This document shows, one piece after another, positions 36,483 through 46,700 of a stretch of 56,260 nucleotides of DNA. The notes under the pieces were generated by a model. The model ran no database searches and was not told the DNA's origin. It saw only the letters and a program-made list of their open reading frames with translations. The position numbers were made by a program, and so were the translations under genes. The DNA lies in IMG/VR virus record IMGVR_UViG_3300016471_000620, positions 1 to 56,260 of that record; one strand, given 5' to 3'. Source of the DNA: a virus (taxonomy: Duplodnaviria > Caudoviricetes). Numbering within the stretch: position 1 is the stretch's first letter; the number at the start of each line of letters is the position of its first letter.

Positions 36483-37976
36483 ATGTCGGAGATCGTCAAG
36501 CAAGTCAAGAACGCTCGCCGTGCGGGCGTGCCGCTGGTGGCGATCAACACCAGCGACGCAGGGGCAACGGTCGCCGGCCTGTGCGCCGGGATCAACGGGC
36601 CGGCTGTAAAGCTGGAGTGGGACATCGTGCGGGGAATTCGCCCGCACGGGAAAGTCAGCGAGGATTGGTGGAACGCCAACCGTGGGGATTACGACCCCAC
36701 GGTTGGCAACCCGCTGAACCTGTGCGGGGTTGGGCTCAAGGCCCCTGGCGGGGCAGTGGTGCTGATGCACTTGGCGGCTCGGTGGATCGGAGACCCGACG
36801 CTGGTGCAAGGCGTCTGGAACCTGCGGGATGCCTTCAAGGCCGACGGCCGCATGCTGGTCATGCTGGGGCCGTCGATCACGCTGCCGGCCGAGTTGTCCG
36901 AAGACGTCGTTGTCTTCGATGAGCCGCTCCCGTCGACGCAGGAGATCGCCAAGATCATCCTGCAGCAGTACGCGAACGCCGGCGTCGAGCCGGACGAGGA
37001 AGTCGTCGACCAGGCAATCGAGGCCCTCCGTGGGCTGTCGGCGTTTGCGGCGGAACAGGTGACGGCAATGTGCCTGACTCGAGAGGGAGTCGACCTGAAG
37101 GGGCTTTGGCAGCGAAAGCGCCAGCAGGTGGAGCAGACCCCCGGTCTGAAGGTCTGGCAGGGCGGGGACGACTTCCGCCAGATCGGCGGTTGCGACGTGA
37201 TCAAGGACTTCTTGTCCCGGATCATGCACGGCCAATCCCGCCCGAACGCGGTCGTCTTTGTGGACGAGATCGAAAAGGCACTAGGCGGGAGCGGTGACAC
37301 CTCGGGCGTCTCGCAGGATCAGCTCGGTTGCCTGCTCTCGTACATGCAGGACAAAGAGGCCGCCGGCATGATCTTCGTGGGGCCCCCCGGGGCCGCCAAA
37401 TCCGCGGTTGCCAAGGCCGCTGGGGCTGAGGGCCGGATCCCCACGATCCAGCTCGACCTGGGAGCCGCGAAGGGCTCGCTGGTCGGGCAGTCGGAGCAGC
37501 AACTTCGGCAGGCCCTGAAGGTGGTGACCGCCGTGAGCAACTCCCGGTCGCTGTGGATTGCGACCTGCAACAGCATCGCGGAGCTCCCCCCCGAGCTGCG
37601 TCGACGGTTCACACTCGGGACATTCTTCTTCGATCTGCCGACAGAAAAGGAGCGAGCCAAGATCTGGGAGATCTGGCTGCAACGATACGGAATCTACGGA
37701 TGCGATCTGACACCAGAGCTTGCGGAAATGCTGCCAAATGACGAGGGGTGGACCGGGGCTGAGATTCGCCAGTGCTGCGAGATCGCCTACCGCCTGGGCT
37801 GCCCCGTCAGTGAGGCTGCGGAGTTCGTTGTGCCGGTCTCGCGATCGGCTGCTGATCGGCTCGCCCGGCTGCGTGAGGCGGCGAGCGGGAAGTTCCTGTC
37901 GGCCAGCTACCCTGGCGTGTACGAGAGGGATCGCAAACCAGCCGCTGTCAGCGGCAGAAAGATCGAGGTGGAGTGA
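36483..37976 (+). CDS. Ycf46-like AAA+ ATPase
   Basis: Degenerate N-terminal AAA domain; FVDEIEK, GPPGAAKS, GSLVGQSE, IATCN...LPPEL.RRF, FFFDLP, WTGAEI. Confidence 0.85.
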   Translation: MSEIVKQVKNARRAGVPLVAINTSDAGATVAGLCAGINGPAVKLEWDIVRGIRPHGKVSEDWWNANRGDYDPTVGNPLNLCGVGLKAPGGAVVLMHLAARWIGDPTLVQGVWNLRDAFKADGRMLVMLGPSITLPAELSEDVVVFDEPLPSTQEIAKIILQQYANAGVEPDEEVVDQAIEALRGLSAFAAEQVTAMCLTREGVDLKGLWQRKRQQVEQTPGLKVWQGGDDFRQIGGCDVIKDFLSRIMHGQSRPNAVVFVDEIEKALGGSGDTSGVSQDQLGCLLSYMQDKEAAGMIFVGPPGAAKSAVAKAAGAEGRIPTIQLDLGAAKGSLVGQSEQQLRQALKVVTAVSNSRSLWIATCNSIAELPPELRRRFTLGTFFFDLPTEKERAKIWEIWLQRYGIYGCDLTPELAEMLPNDEGWTGAEIRQCCEIAYRLGCPVSEAAEFVVPVSRSAADRLARLREAASGKFLSASYPGVYERDRKPAAVSGRKIEVE

Positions 37977-38161
37977 TGTCGCCACACAACCTGAAGGTCT
38001 GGGGCCTGATCTGTGCGCAAAACGCACTGATCGAAATGATGAAGGCCAAAAACGAATCCCGAAGGAGTCAAGGATACTCAGAAGCCTACGACGATGAGGC
38101 GTTTTTTCGGGTGTACACCGAAATCGAAAGGCTCTCCAGTTCAATCAAAGGAACAGCATGA
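37973..38161 (+). CDS. Hypothetical protein
   Basis: Start and stop coupled to both neighbours. Confidence 0.45.
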   Translation: MMSPHNLKVWGLICAQNALIEMMKAKNESRRSQGYSEAYDDEAFFRVYTEIERLSSSIKGTA

Positions 38162-39147
38162 TCTCAGCAGCAACTGAAGAGCCTTACGCGCCCTACGCCT
38201 CCGGCGCGATGCCCTGGCGGCCGATCCGGAGCATCTCCGGGGACTCGCTCGGGGCCGAACTCCGGGCCAACACCGCCGGCGTGCGGGTGACGATCCGCAG
38301 GTTCGGCGCCAGCAAGAGGCTCACGTCGGAGCACACTCGGAGGGCCGCCGAGGAATTCGACGCCCAGGCCACGATGGTCAAGGCGTCGAAGAAACTGCTG
38401 GACACGAACCACAAACTCTACCGGGCTGTGACCAGCATCCTCAGCAAGGTCCGGCAATACTGGAATCTGGCATCTGTCGAGTACCCCGTGCGGGGGGTGC
38501 GGCTGATCCGCAAGTCGCGGATCGAAGAGTTCGAGACGCAGATGGGTGACTACCGGGAGCAACTGCGAGTCGCATTGCAGGAGCTTGACAACGCCTACCA
38601 AGTGCTGTGCGACGACGCCCGGCAGTCGCTGGGAGAGCTCTGGAACCTGGAGGACTACCCCGCCACGATCTCGCAGGAGTTCGGCTTCAGTTGGGACTAC
38701 CCCGCCATCGAGCCGCCCGACATGCTTCGGGAGCTGCACCCCGATATCTGGGCTCGGCAACAGGCCCAAGTGGCGGCGCAGTTCGAACAGGCGGCGGTTG
38801 CGATGGAGGCCGCGTTCGCCGAAGAATTGCAGCGGTTGGTGTCGCACCTGTCGGAGCGGCTGAGTGGGGACGATGACGGAAAGCCGAAAACGTTCAGGGA
38901 TTCGGCCATCGAGAATTTTGGGGAGTTCTTCGAGCGATTCCGCAAGGTAAGTGTGGGCAGCTCGGAGCAGCTTGATGCCGTGATCACCCAAGCAATGGGG
39001 CTGCTGGCCGGGAAGGACCCGAAGGACGTCCGCAAGTCCGGCGATGTCCGGGCTGAGCTGGCGACCGGCTTGGCCGAAGTGCAGTCGCGTCTGGAGTCGC
39101 TGATCGTGGAGCGGCCCACACGCAAGATCACATTCGATGACGAGTGA
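38158..39147 (+). CDS. DUF3150-like helical protein
   Basis: ASKKLLD, G.RLI, DYP, KPKTFRDS; typical partner position after the AAA ATPase. Confidence 0.6.
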   Translation: MISAATEEPYAPYASGAMPWRPIRSISGDSLGAELRANTAGVRVTIRRFGASKRLTSEHTRRAAEEFDAQATMVKASKKLLDTNHKLYRAVTSILSKVRQYWNLASVEYPVRGVRLIRKSRIEEFETQMGDYREQLRVALQELDNAYQVLCDDARQSLGELWNLEDYPATISQEFGFSWDYPAIEPPDMLRELHPDIWARQQAQVAAQFEQAAVAMEAAFAEELQRLVSHLSERLSGDDDGKPKTFRDSAIENFGEFFERFRKVSVGSSEQLDAVITQAMGLLAGKDPKDVRKSGDVRAELATGLAEVQSRLESLIVERPTRKITFDDE

Positions 39148-39173
39148 GTGACGAGAATCATGTGCTGTCAGTT

Positions 39174-39203
39174 TTGACGCATGTGATACACAAGTGTATG
39201 ATT
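39174..39203 (+). promoter_or_regulatory. Sigma70 promoter with operator, site 5
   Basis: TTGACG-17-TATGAT; ATACAC-AA-GTGTAT. Confidence 0.75.
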
Positions 39204-39230
39204 GCAATCTCGTGCCAGGGAGGAACTGCA

Positions 39231-39755
39231 GTGAGTCATGTCGCGACGATCAACGTCGAAATCAAGTCGCTGGACGACTTGGAAGCAGCGGCCAAATCCA
39301 TTGGCCTGGAGCTCGTCCGGGGCCAGCGAACGTATCGCTGGTACGGCCGATCGGTCGGTGACTACCCCGTGCCGCAGGGATTCGCGGCGGATGAACTCGG
39401 AACGTGCGATCATGCGATCCGAGTCCCTCTGTCGGTGGATGGGGCCGATCGCTGTTACGAGATTGGAGTCTGTGGTCGGCGCGACGGGAAGCCAGGATTT
39501 GTCCTACTGTGGGACAACTGGAACTCCGGAAAATGCAGCTACTCGACCGGTCTCGACGCCGATGAGGGGCGTACTGACTGGACAGTCAACACGAGCCGGA
39601 CGTCGCTGGTGCAGTTTGTCGGCGACGCTGGGCAGAAGCTGACCCAGTCCTACGCCCGGGTGGCCGCGATTCGAGCGGGCCAGCAGCAAGGCTTTCAGGT
39701 CCAAGAGCAGCGGCTTGCGGACGGTTCCATTCGGATCGTGTTTCAGAAAGGCTGA
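39231..39755 (+). CDS. DUF1257/Ycf35-like protein
   Basis: MSHVATI..EIK..D.L.AA...G; YEIG; L.Q.YA; G..V.E....DGSIRI. Confidence 0.75.
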   Translation: MSHVATINVEIKSLDDLEAAAKSIGLELVRGQRTYRWYGRSVGDYPVPQGFAADELGTCDHAIRVPLSVDGADRCYEIGVCGRRDGKPGFVLLWDNWNSGKCSYSTGLDADEGRTDWTVNTSRTSLVQFVGDAGQKLTQSYARVAAIRAGQQQGFQVQEQRLADGSIRIVFQKG

Positions 39756-39764
39756 GCCGAGCAG

Positions 39765-39971
39765 ATGAAAACAGTCGAAGTCACAATCGGCCCGGACGGG
39801 GCCGTGAGGGTCGAGACCAAGGGAGTGGTCGGATCGGGCTGCGAAGCCCTGTCGAAGGCCATTGAGGCCGCTGTCGGGACCACAACCGACAACATCCGCA
39901 AGCCGGAGTACCACCATGCCGCCGGGCTCGCAGCGCAGGCGAAGGCGAAGGCGAAGGCGGGTGCGCAGTGA
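39765..39971 (+). CDS. DUF2997-like protein
   Basis: V.I.PDG.V.VET.G..G..C...SK.IE.A.G.......KPEY. Confidence 0.8.
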   Translation: MKTVEVTIGPDGAVRVETKGVVGSGCEALSKAIEAAVGTTTDNIRKPEYHHAAGLAAQAKAKAKAGAQ

Positions 39972-40343
39972 GGCCTGAACTGCTGTTTTTTTCAGTGGTT
40001 CCTGCTGGCGGCACTGGTGTCGGCGGTAGCTGTTTTGTGGATCCAGTGCCATCTGCTGCTGCGGATGGTGGAGGTCCTGCACTGCAGGCTGGAGGCAATT
40101 GAGTCGGAAGATCATGAGCCACAGTGAGCCGCTGGGACTGGACTGCATGGGCATGCCGACCGAGCATGTCGACCGAGATACAGCAATACGCAAGCTGGCT
40201 GACGCAATCGCGAGGACCACGCTGGATGTGTTGTCCACTGAGAGCCGCGGGAAGCCACCAATTACAATCAACGACCACATCGCAGCGGTCAAGATCTTGA
40301 CCACTGAGGTGCTGTTCCTGCTCAACAACACGATGGGGCGGTT

Positions 40344-40583
40344 ATGACCTGCATTATCACACCAGGCGGCGAAGTGAAGTTCGTGTGGGACGACCAGATG
40401 GCGTTCTTGCGAGAGCTCGGGTTGGCGGAGATCGTCCGTGCGTCGCACGTCGAACCGACGCCTGACGGGGAGTGGATAGCCGACATGGGGCCGTCTGGAG
40501 GGCCGGTGCTCGGGCCGTACCAGTTGCGGTGCGAGGCGCTTGCTGCAGAGCGACAGTGGCTCGCCCAGAACAGGGGGCTGTGA
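40344..40583 (+). CDS. Small hypothetical protein of the AAA module
   Basis: RASHVEP...G.W.ADM.P.GGPVLGP...R.EAL.AE..WL. Confidence 0.6.
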   Translation: MTCIITPGGEVKFVWDDQMAFLRELGLAEIVRASHVEPTPDGEWIADMGPSGGPVLGPYQLRCEALAAERQWLAQNRGL

Positions 40584-41071
40584 TGCAGATTGGAGAACTG
40601 TTGACCGCATTTTACGTGCACGGAAAGCCGCAGCCGCGCGGCTCAAAGCGGTCCATCGCCATCAGGAACAGGTCGACCGGGCAGCCTGTGCTGCGACAGA
40701 ACGGGTCCATCCTGACGGCGACCGTCGACGACAACCCGCAGTCGAAGCACTGGATGAATCAGGTGTCGGCCGCGGCGTTCGCGGCGATGGGGTCAACCCC
40801 GATGTTTGAGGGGCCAGTCGCACTTGTGCTGACGATCGAAGTGCTGCGGCCGAATGGTCATTTCGGGAAGCGCGGGCTTTTGCCCAGCGCGCCGAAGCAC
40901 TGCACGGTCAAGCCCGACAGCAGCAAGGTTCTGCGGGGGGTTGAGGACGCGATGACCGGGATCGTCTACCGAGACGACAGCCGAATCGTGATCCACGTGA
41001 TCAAGAAGAGCTACGCCGAACGACAAGGCGTGAAGGTCGAAGTCTACAAGGTGGACGGAGACAATGCCTGA
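40583..41071 (+). CDS. rusA: RusA-like Holliday junction resolvase
   Basis: G.PQPRGSK, KPD..K..R.V.DAMTGIVY.DDS.IV.....K.Y. Confidence 0.85.
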   Translation: MQIGELLTAFYVHGKPQPRGSKRSIAIRNRSTGQPVLRQNGSILTATVDDNPQSKHWMNQVSAAAFAAMGSTPMFEGPVALVLTIEVLRPNGHFGKRGLLPSAPKHCTVKPDSSKVLRGVEDAMTGIVYRDDSRIVIHVIKKSYAERQGVKVEVYKVDGDNA

Positions 41072-41924
41072 AGACAAAGGCGCAATGCCGGTGCGTGCCC
41101 TGGCCCCGTGGTTCGGCGCTGGCCGGACGATTGCTCCGCTGGTCGCCGCAGAGCTCGCCGGCTGCAAATGGGTCGGCGTGCCGTTTGCCGGCGGAATGAG
41201 CGAAGTGGCGGCGATCGACGCCCGGTCGATTGCGGTCAACGATCTCCACCGCCACGTGATCAACCTAGCTCGTGTGGTCGCTGATGATGCAATGCGCCGC
41301 GAGCTGATCAAGCGACTGACCAGAGTGCCGTTTCATCCGGAGATTCTGTCCGAATCACAGGGCTGGTGCAAAGACAACGCTCCCGCGTGCATGGACCACG
41401 GCGACCCGCTGGCAGCCTACCACTATTTCATCTGCTGCTGGATGGGACGCTCGCACAAGGCCGGCTGCCGCGATGAATTCGGCGGCAGCCTGTCCACCCG
41501 CTGGAACGCAAATGGAGGCGACAGCAACACTCGCTACCGCTCAGCCGTGCGAGGTCTGGTGGAGTGGGGCCGAATCATGCGGCGGTGTTCCTTCACCTGC
41601 CTGGATGCGTTCGAGTTTCTGGATAACTGCAAAGACGACCGAGAGACGGGAATCTACGCAGATCCTCCGTGGCATTTGGACGGAGCGAAATACAAACACA
41701 TCTTCACGGACTCGCAACATGAACAGCTTGCCGACAAGCTGTTATCATTCAAGAAAACCCGTGTCGTAGTTCGGCTGGGGGTCGACGACTTCGTAAGGCG
41801 GTTGTATCCGGAAGATCGCTGGACATGGTTGCCAGTGGAAGGCAGGACACAAACCAACGAAGCCAAAGACGAATGCCTTTTGTTAAACAGCCAGATTAGA
41901 AAGAGTGGAGGGATTCTATTTTGA
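41064..41924 (+). CDS. Dam-like (D12 class) DNA adenine methyltransferase
   Basis: PWFG, PFAGGMS, NDL, IYADPPW. Confidence 0.8.
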   Translation: MPEDKGAMPVRALAPWFGAGRTIAPLVAAELAGCKWVGVPFAGGMSEVAAIDARSIAVNDLHRHVINLARVVADDAMRRELIKRLTRVPFHPEILSESQGWCKDNAPACMDHGDPLAAYHYFICCWMGRSHKAGCRDEFGGSLSTRWNANGGDSNTRYRSAVRGLVEWGRIMRRCSFTCLDAFEFLDNCKDDRETGIYADPPWHLDGAKYKHIFTDSQHEQLADKLLSFKKTRVVVRLGVDDFVRRLYPEDRWTWLPVEGRTQTNEAKDECLLLNSQIRKSGGILF

Positions 41925-42016
41925 GTGTGGCCCGATACAATGAAGCAAGCCGACGAAGTGCTTGCAACACGTTCGCCGGCTCTGACCACAAGTCCCTTTT
42001 GTTAGAAAGGAACATC

Positions 42017-42571
42017 ATGGCTGATTCTCAGCCTACAGGAACCGGCGAGGGCGTGCAACCGGTCGAGTACCGGGAGATCGATGGATTCCCTGGGTATCGA
42101 GTCGGTAGTGATGGAACCATCTGGAGCAAGCGGCTGAGCGGTGGCCGAATCGCTCGCGAGTGGCGACAGATGACTGGGGGCTTCGACAGAAATGGATACC
42201 GAAAGGTAACGCTCTGCAACAGTGGTTCCCAGGTCTGTTGGAGAGTCTCGCGAATCGTGATCGTCGCATTCCACGGCCCTGCACCTGCGGGGATGGAATG
42301 CTGTCATCGGAACGGAGACAAGACCGATGATCGGGCGGAGAACCTGCGCTGGGGGACACACTGCGACAACATCCGCGACAAGCTGATTCACGGAACTCAC
42401 CAGATCGGAAACAGTCATCCGACCAGAAAGTTGACCGAATCACAGGTCGTCGAAATTCGTCGTCGATGGGCGGCTGGTGGCGTCACGCAGTTCCAGCTTG
42501 CAGCAGAATTTGGGGTTAAGAATGTGACAATCTGCGCCGTGGTCACGCGACGGAACTGGAGGCACGTGTGA
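42017..42571 (+). CDS. NUMOD4-like/HNH endonuclease
   Basis: PGYRVGSDG, CCHRNGDKTD....NLRWGT..DN, C-terminal HTH. Confidence 0.88.
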   Translation: MADSQPTGTGEGVQPVEYREIDGFPGYRVGSDGTIWSKRLSGGRIAREWRQMTGGFDRNGYRKVTLCNSGSQVCWRVSRIVIVAFHGPAPAGMECCHRNGDKTDDRAENLRWGTHCDNIRDKLIHGTHQIGNSHPTRKLTESQVVEIRRRWAAGGVTQFQLAAEFGVKNVTICAVVTRRNWRHV

Positions 42572-42852
42572 GCGACTCAAAAGACAAACGCCTGTTGCTC
42601 TATCAGTCCATTCCAGTGGGTTCGGTCGTCAAATTTGTCGGTCGTGGGTGGCGTCGTCAGACAATGGGAACTGTGGTCGCAAAGCTCGACGACAAGATTA
42701 CGGGGATGGCCCGCTATCAAGTCGAGTTCCACGAAGACGGCGCGAAGTGGGATGTGTGCCGGTGGGAACTGTCGACGCAAAGTCGACTGACCCGAGAAAG
42801 GAAAAAACGGGAGCGGGAAGCGATCATCAAGAAAGCGAGGGGTGACGAATGA
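42568..42852 (+). CDS. Hypothetical protein (SH3-like)
   Basis: Coupled ORF, beta-rich. Confidence 0.5.
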   Translation: MSDSKDKRLLLYQSIPVGSVVKFVGRGWRRQTMGTVVAKLDDKITGMARYQVEFHEDGAKWDVCRWELSTQSRLTRERKKREREAIIKKARGDE

Positions 42853-44201
42853 GCCGACACCCGGTATTTGCCGATTTGTTCTGTGGCGCTGGCGGGACGT
42901 CCGCCGGGGCCGAGTCGACCGGGGCCGCCCGAGTCCGTTTCGCCGTCAACCATTGGTCAGTAGCGGTCCAAACCCACGCTGCCAACTTCCCGGACGCCCG
43001 CCATGTCAACTCGCGACTCGACCAGGTCAACCCTGGCGAGTGCGAGCGGATCGACCTGCTGTTCGCCTCGCCAGAGTGCACGCACCATTCGCGAGCCCGC
43101 GGAGGCCGGCCGACATCGGACCAGCAACGGTCGGGGGCGTGGGACGTGATGCGCTGGATCGAGCACCACCGGCCGTCGTGGGTGGTGATAGAAAATGTTG
43201 TCGAGTTTGAGCAATGGGGGCCGATCGGAGACGACGGGAGACCGCTGGCGAGCAAGCGCGGGGCGTTCTTCCGCGCTTGGATTGCTGCGATCGAAGCGGC
43301 TGGATATCGAGTCGATTGGCGGCAATTGAACGCGGCCGACTTCGGCGCTGCGACGTCCCGCAATCGGCTGTTCGTCGTGGCGAGGAAGGGAAACAGGATG
43401 CCGCGATTTCCTGAGCCGACACATGCACGCCAGTCCGGTGGAGAGCTGCCCGGGATGGGGCTGCCGCGGTGGAGAGCGGCGTCGGAGGTCATCGACTGGT
43501 CGCTCCCGTGCCCGTCGATATTCGCGCGGAAGCGGCCGCTGGCCCCAAAGACAATCGCGCGTATCGAAGCCGGATTGCGGCGGTTTGTGGGGCCGTTCCA
43601 AGTCCAGTTGCGGAACAATTGCGACGCGGAGGAAATGGCCAAGCCGGTGGGGACGATTACGGCAGGCGGCCAGCATCACGGCTTGGCCCTGCCGTTCACA
43701 GTCGAGGTAAATCACGGCGGTGCCGACAGCCGAACCTGCGACCCTCGCGAGCCGATCGGGACCGTCAGCACGCACAACGGCAGGGGGCTGGCGATGCCTT
43801 TCATTGCCGGCTGCGGCGGTCGCGCTGGTCAGTCTCCAGAGAGATCCGTTTCGACGCCGGTTGCGACGATCACAACGAAAGCTGATTCGTGTCTGGTGAT
43901 GCCGTTCTTGCTGCACTACTACGGAACGTCCGACGTCTCCCCGGTCGGAGAGCCGGTCGACACAATCACGACCCGCGACCGCCACGGGCTGGCGCTGGCC
44001 AGTCTCGTGCAGACCTGCCGCGAGCTGCAGGTGGTCGACGTAGGATTCCGGATGCTGCAGAATCACGAGCTGTCAGCCGCCCAAGGGTTCCGACCGGACT
44101 ACGTGTTCTGCGGCAGCAAGGCCGACGTGACCCGACAGATCGGCAACTCGGTGAGCCCACCGGTTGCCGCAGCAATCACGCAGGCAATCCTCGGAGCGTG
44201 A
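42849..44201 (+). CDS. DNA cytosine-5 methyltransferase
   Basis: DLFCGAGG, ASPECT, IENV, SR.RLF, QIGNSV; repeated P..TIT segments. Confidence 0.92.
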   Translation: MSRHPVFADLFCGAGGTSAGAESTGAARVRFAVNHWSVAVQTHAANFPDARHVNSRLDQVNPGECERIDLLFASPECTHHSRARGGRPTSDQQRSGAWDVMRWIEHHRPSWVVIENVVEFEQWGPIGDDGRPLASKRGAFFRAWIAAIEAAGYRVDWRQLNAADFGAATSRNRLFVVARKGNRMPRFPEPTHARQSGGELPGMGLPRWRAASEVIDWSLPCPSIFARKRPLAPKTIARIEAGLRRFVGPFQVQLRNNCDAEEMAKPVGTITAGGQHHGLALPFTVEVNHGGADSRTCDPREPIGTVSTHNGRGLAMPFIAGCGGRAGQSPERSVSTPVATITTKADSCLVMPFLLHYYGTSDVSPVGEPVDTITTRDRHGLALASLVQTCRELQVVDVGFRMLQNHELSAAQGFRPDYVFCGSKADVTRQIGNSVSPPVAAAITQAILGA

Positions 44202-44977
44202 CCATGAACGACGCCATGATCCGCGAGATCAACTCCACCGGGCCCCAGCGACTGGCCAAGGCGCGTGGCATCCCAGTGCCCGAGGCGGCGGCCTGGATCG
44301 AGCTGGCGAGTCTGGCCTTCCGCTGGAAAAAAGAGGTCCCGAACTGGCGTGAATCGCGCGAAGAAATGGTTCAAGTGTCGAATCAGCAGTGAAACAGGTG
44401 TTGCAAAACTGCACGTACTCGCGCATGATTCTGGCCATTCCGTCCGACTCGATTGCCTGAATCCAGCCCAGCGATCAATACACAAGCGCACAGCTTGAGT
44501 GGACTGCAGCGGTGTTCGCCGAATACTTCAGCCGCGTGCAGGTGTCACAGGGACCAGAGGAGACTCTGGGCAGGATGCTGGTGGTTGTTTTCGCGATCGG
44601 CATGGCGTTTGGATTGGCACTGAACCTGGCGTTCGCGTGCTGGATTTCGGTCAGACTGGGGAAAATCGAACGATGGATGGCCGAAAGAAAGAACTGACCC
44701 CGCTGGCACAGGCTGCCGGGGCTCCAATCGCCTCAGCGCCCCAGTCGCTGGCAGGTACGCTGGTTTCCCCCGCACTGCCCCCGGCAGGGTACAACGCGGC
44801 CCAGCTTGCCGCGAAGGCCCTGTTGAATTGGGTGCTGTACGGCAGCGTCAACGGCCCCCAAATGCAGCCGCCGGTGCCACCGACCGAACAAGAAGCGATG
44901 GCCGCGCTGGACCTGGCAGGCAGGCTGGCGGGCGGGCAAGTGGTGATCGTTGTCGCCGGCAGTCAGCAGGCCGCGCC

Positions 44978-45436
44978 ATGACCGAGCGGGCCGCGAAGCA
45001 GTTGGCGTCCCAGTTGGTCCCGCAGACGCCGGCGGCTGGCGTTCAGCCGGCGCAGCCTACCGACCCCAAGCTCACGATGATGCGGGAAGCGTTAGGTTTT
45101 CTGTCTCGGCAACACCCCGCTTACCTAACGCTCTGGGCGGTGCTGATCAGCCTCGGGGCGTGCATGTGGTTCGGCGGGCAGTACGTCGTCAACACAGCGA
45201 TCCCGGCGCACCTGGCCAGCATCAAGCAGGGCTACAAGGAGCTCTGGGACAAGCACATTGAGGACAAGCAGCAGACGGAGCGTCAGCACCGCCAGCACAT
45301 GGACCAGATCGTGCACGAGCTGCAGCACTCGAACCAGTTGCTGGATTCGCTGGTGCGAGAACTGGTCCTGCAAGTCCGAGCGAGAGATCACGCGGCATCC
45401 GGCAGTTCCGAGAAGCAGAAGGGAGGTGGTCAGTGA
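44978..45436 (+). CDS. Single-TM coiled-coil protein (holin candidate)
   Basis: LTLWAVLISLGACMWFGG helix followed by a coiled coil. Confidence 0.4.
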   Translation: MTERAAKQLASQLVPQTPAAGVQPAQPTDPKLTMMREALGFLSRQHPAYLTLWAVLISLGACMWFGGQYVVNTAIPAHLASIKQGYKELWDKHIEDKQQTERQHRQHMDQIVHELQHSNQLLDSLVRELVLQVRARDHAASGSSEKQKGGGQ

Positions 45437-45711
45437 AGCGAGTCGAACACCGGGCTGAGCACAATGCCATCGCCGGAGATGTGCTCACGCCCGACGAAAC
45501 AGGCTGGACTGACTCGCAGGGATACTCCCGCGACCCGGGGGAGATCTCGGCGATTGTACTGCCTGATTGGATCGGAAACGGAGGCGAGTTCTTCGGCCGC
45601 GGATCGACAGGCAGGCAGGGGAAAATCGTCGTCCGAATCGAAAACAAAAAGTGCTTCGTCGAGGTCTGCGACGAAGTCTGAAACCCAGTCACCCCTGTGG
45701 CCAGAAACTGA

Positions 45712-46005
45712 ATGCCAAGCAACAACAGCAACCCAAACCGCCTCGCGAACGACCGACTCGCAGAGATTCTGCGGGAAGTGGACGAAAAGCTGGAGAGTGC
45801 TCGCCCTCTGCTCTTCGAGATTGAGCCTGACGAGGCTTTCCTGCGGGACACTGGACTGCAAATTGACAACCTGCTGTTCCTGCTGACGTACCTGTCGGAG
45901 CGAATTCAGAACGAAGCCATTGACGCGATGAAAGTGACCGACCATGACCTCGACATGGAGGCCAACGGCCGGTCACCCAGCGTCGACATCAGCAACCAGC
46001 CCTAA
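45712..46005 (+). CDS. Hypothetical protein
   Basis: Acidic helical ORF. Confidence 0.45.
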   Translation: MPSNNSNPNRLANDRLAEILREVDEKLESARPLLFEIEPDEAFLRDTGLQIDNLLFLLTYLSERIQNEAIDAMKVTDHDLDMEANGRSPSVDISNQP

Positions 46006-46102
46006 GCGTCACGGACGACGCCGTTGGAGACGCCGGGGAATGGATGCCCCGGCGGTACTTAGTCCCGCATTCGCACGGATACCACCGCGAAACACAGATC
46101 AG

Positions 46103-46537
46103 ATGACCGACCTGCAGCCCCCCGACACACTGACTGGACTCTCCGCAATTGTTGAGATGTCGATCCGCGCCGATAACGAGTTTGGTCGCGATTGCGGAGA
46201 CAATCTGACTCGCATCGCCAATGCTGTCGCAGCCCACGGGGCAAGATACGCGCTCGCGCATGGCTGGAAGCTGTTCTGCGACAACCCCGGCAACAGCAGA
46301 AAAACAGGCATCGATCGTATCGCCGACCGCAGCGTTGCGGACCTCCGGGGATGCTCTCTGGGGGCTGCGTCGCTCAGGTCGCTCGCGGCATTCGGTGCCC
46401 GAAGACTGATTGACTGGGCAGCCTCAGCCCGCAAAAACCAGCTCGCGCTGGTGAAGATTGGGGCCCCACTGCCGTATTGGGCTGATGACGACAACGTGCA
46501 GCCGAAGCAGAGAACACTGGAGATCTTGGGGACCTGA
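46103..46537 (+). CDS. Hypothetical protein
   Basis: ORF in the late-proximal cluster. Confidence 0.45.
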   Translation: MTDLQPPDTLTGLSAIVEMSIRADNEFGRDCGDNLTRIANAVAAHGARYALAHGWKLFCDNPGNSRKTGIDRIADRSVADLRGCSLGAASLRSLAAFGARRLIDWAASARKNQLALVKIGAPLPYWADDDNVQPKQRTLEILGT

Positions 46538-46700
46538 CCAGTGCCAATGCCTTCGCTCTTTGTAGTGGTTTTGCGGCCCGCTGCCGGCGGGAAGCATCGC
46601 CAATACTACGAGAGTGAATGTGCGTGCTGGACGCTGGCTGCGAGCGCAGCGATGAAGGCCAACCCAGGCATGGTCCTCGAACGCGTGTACCAGGACCCGA

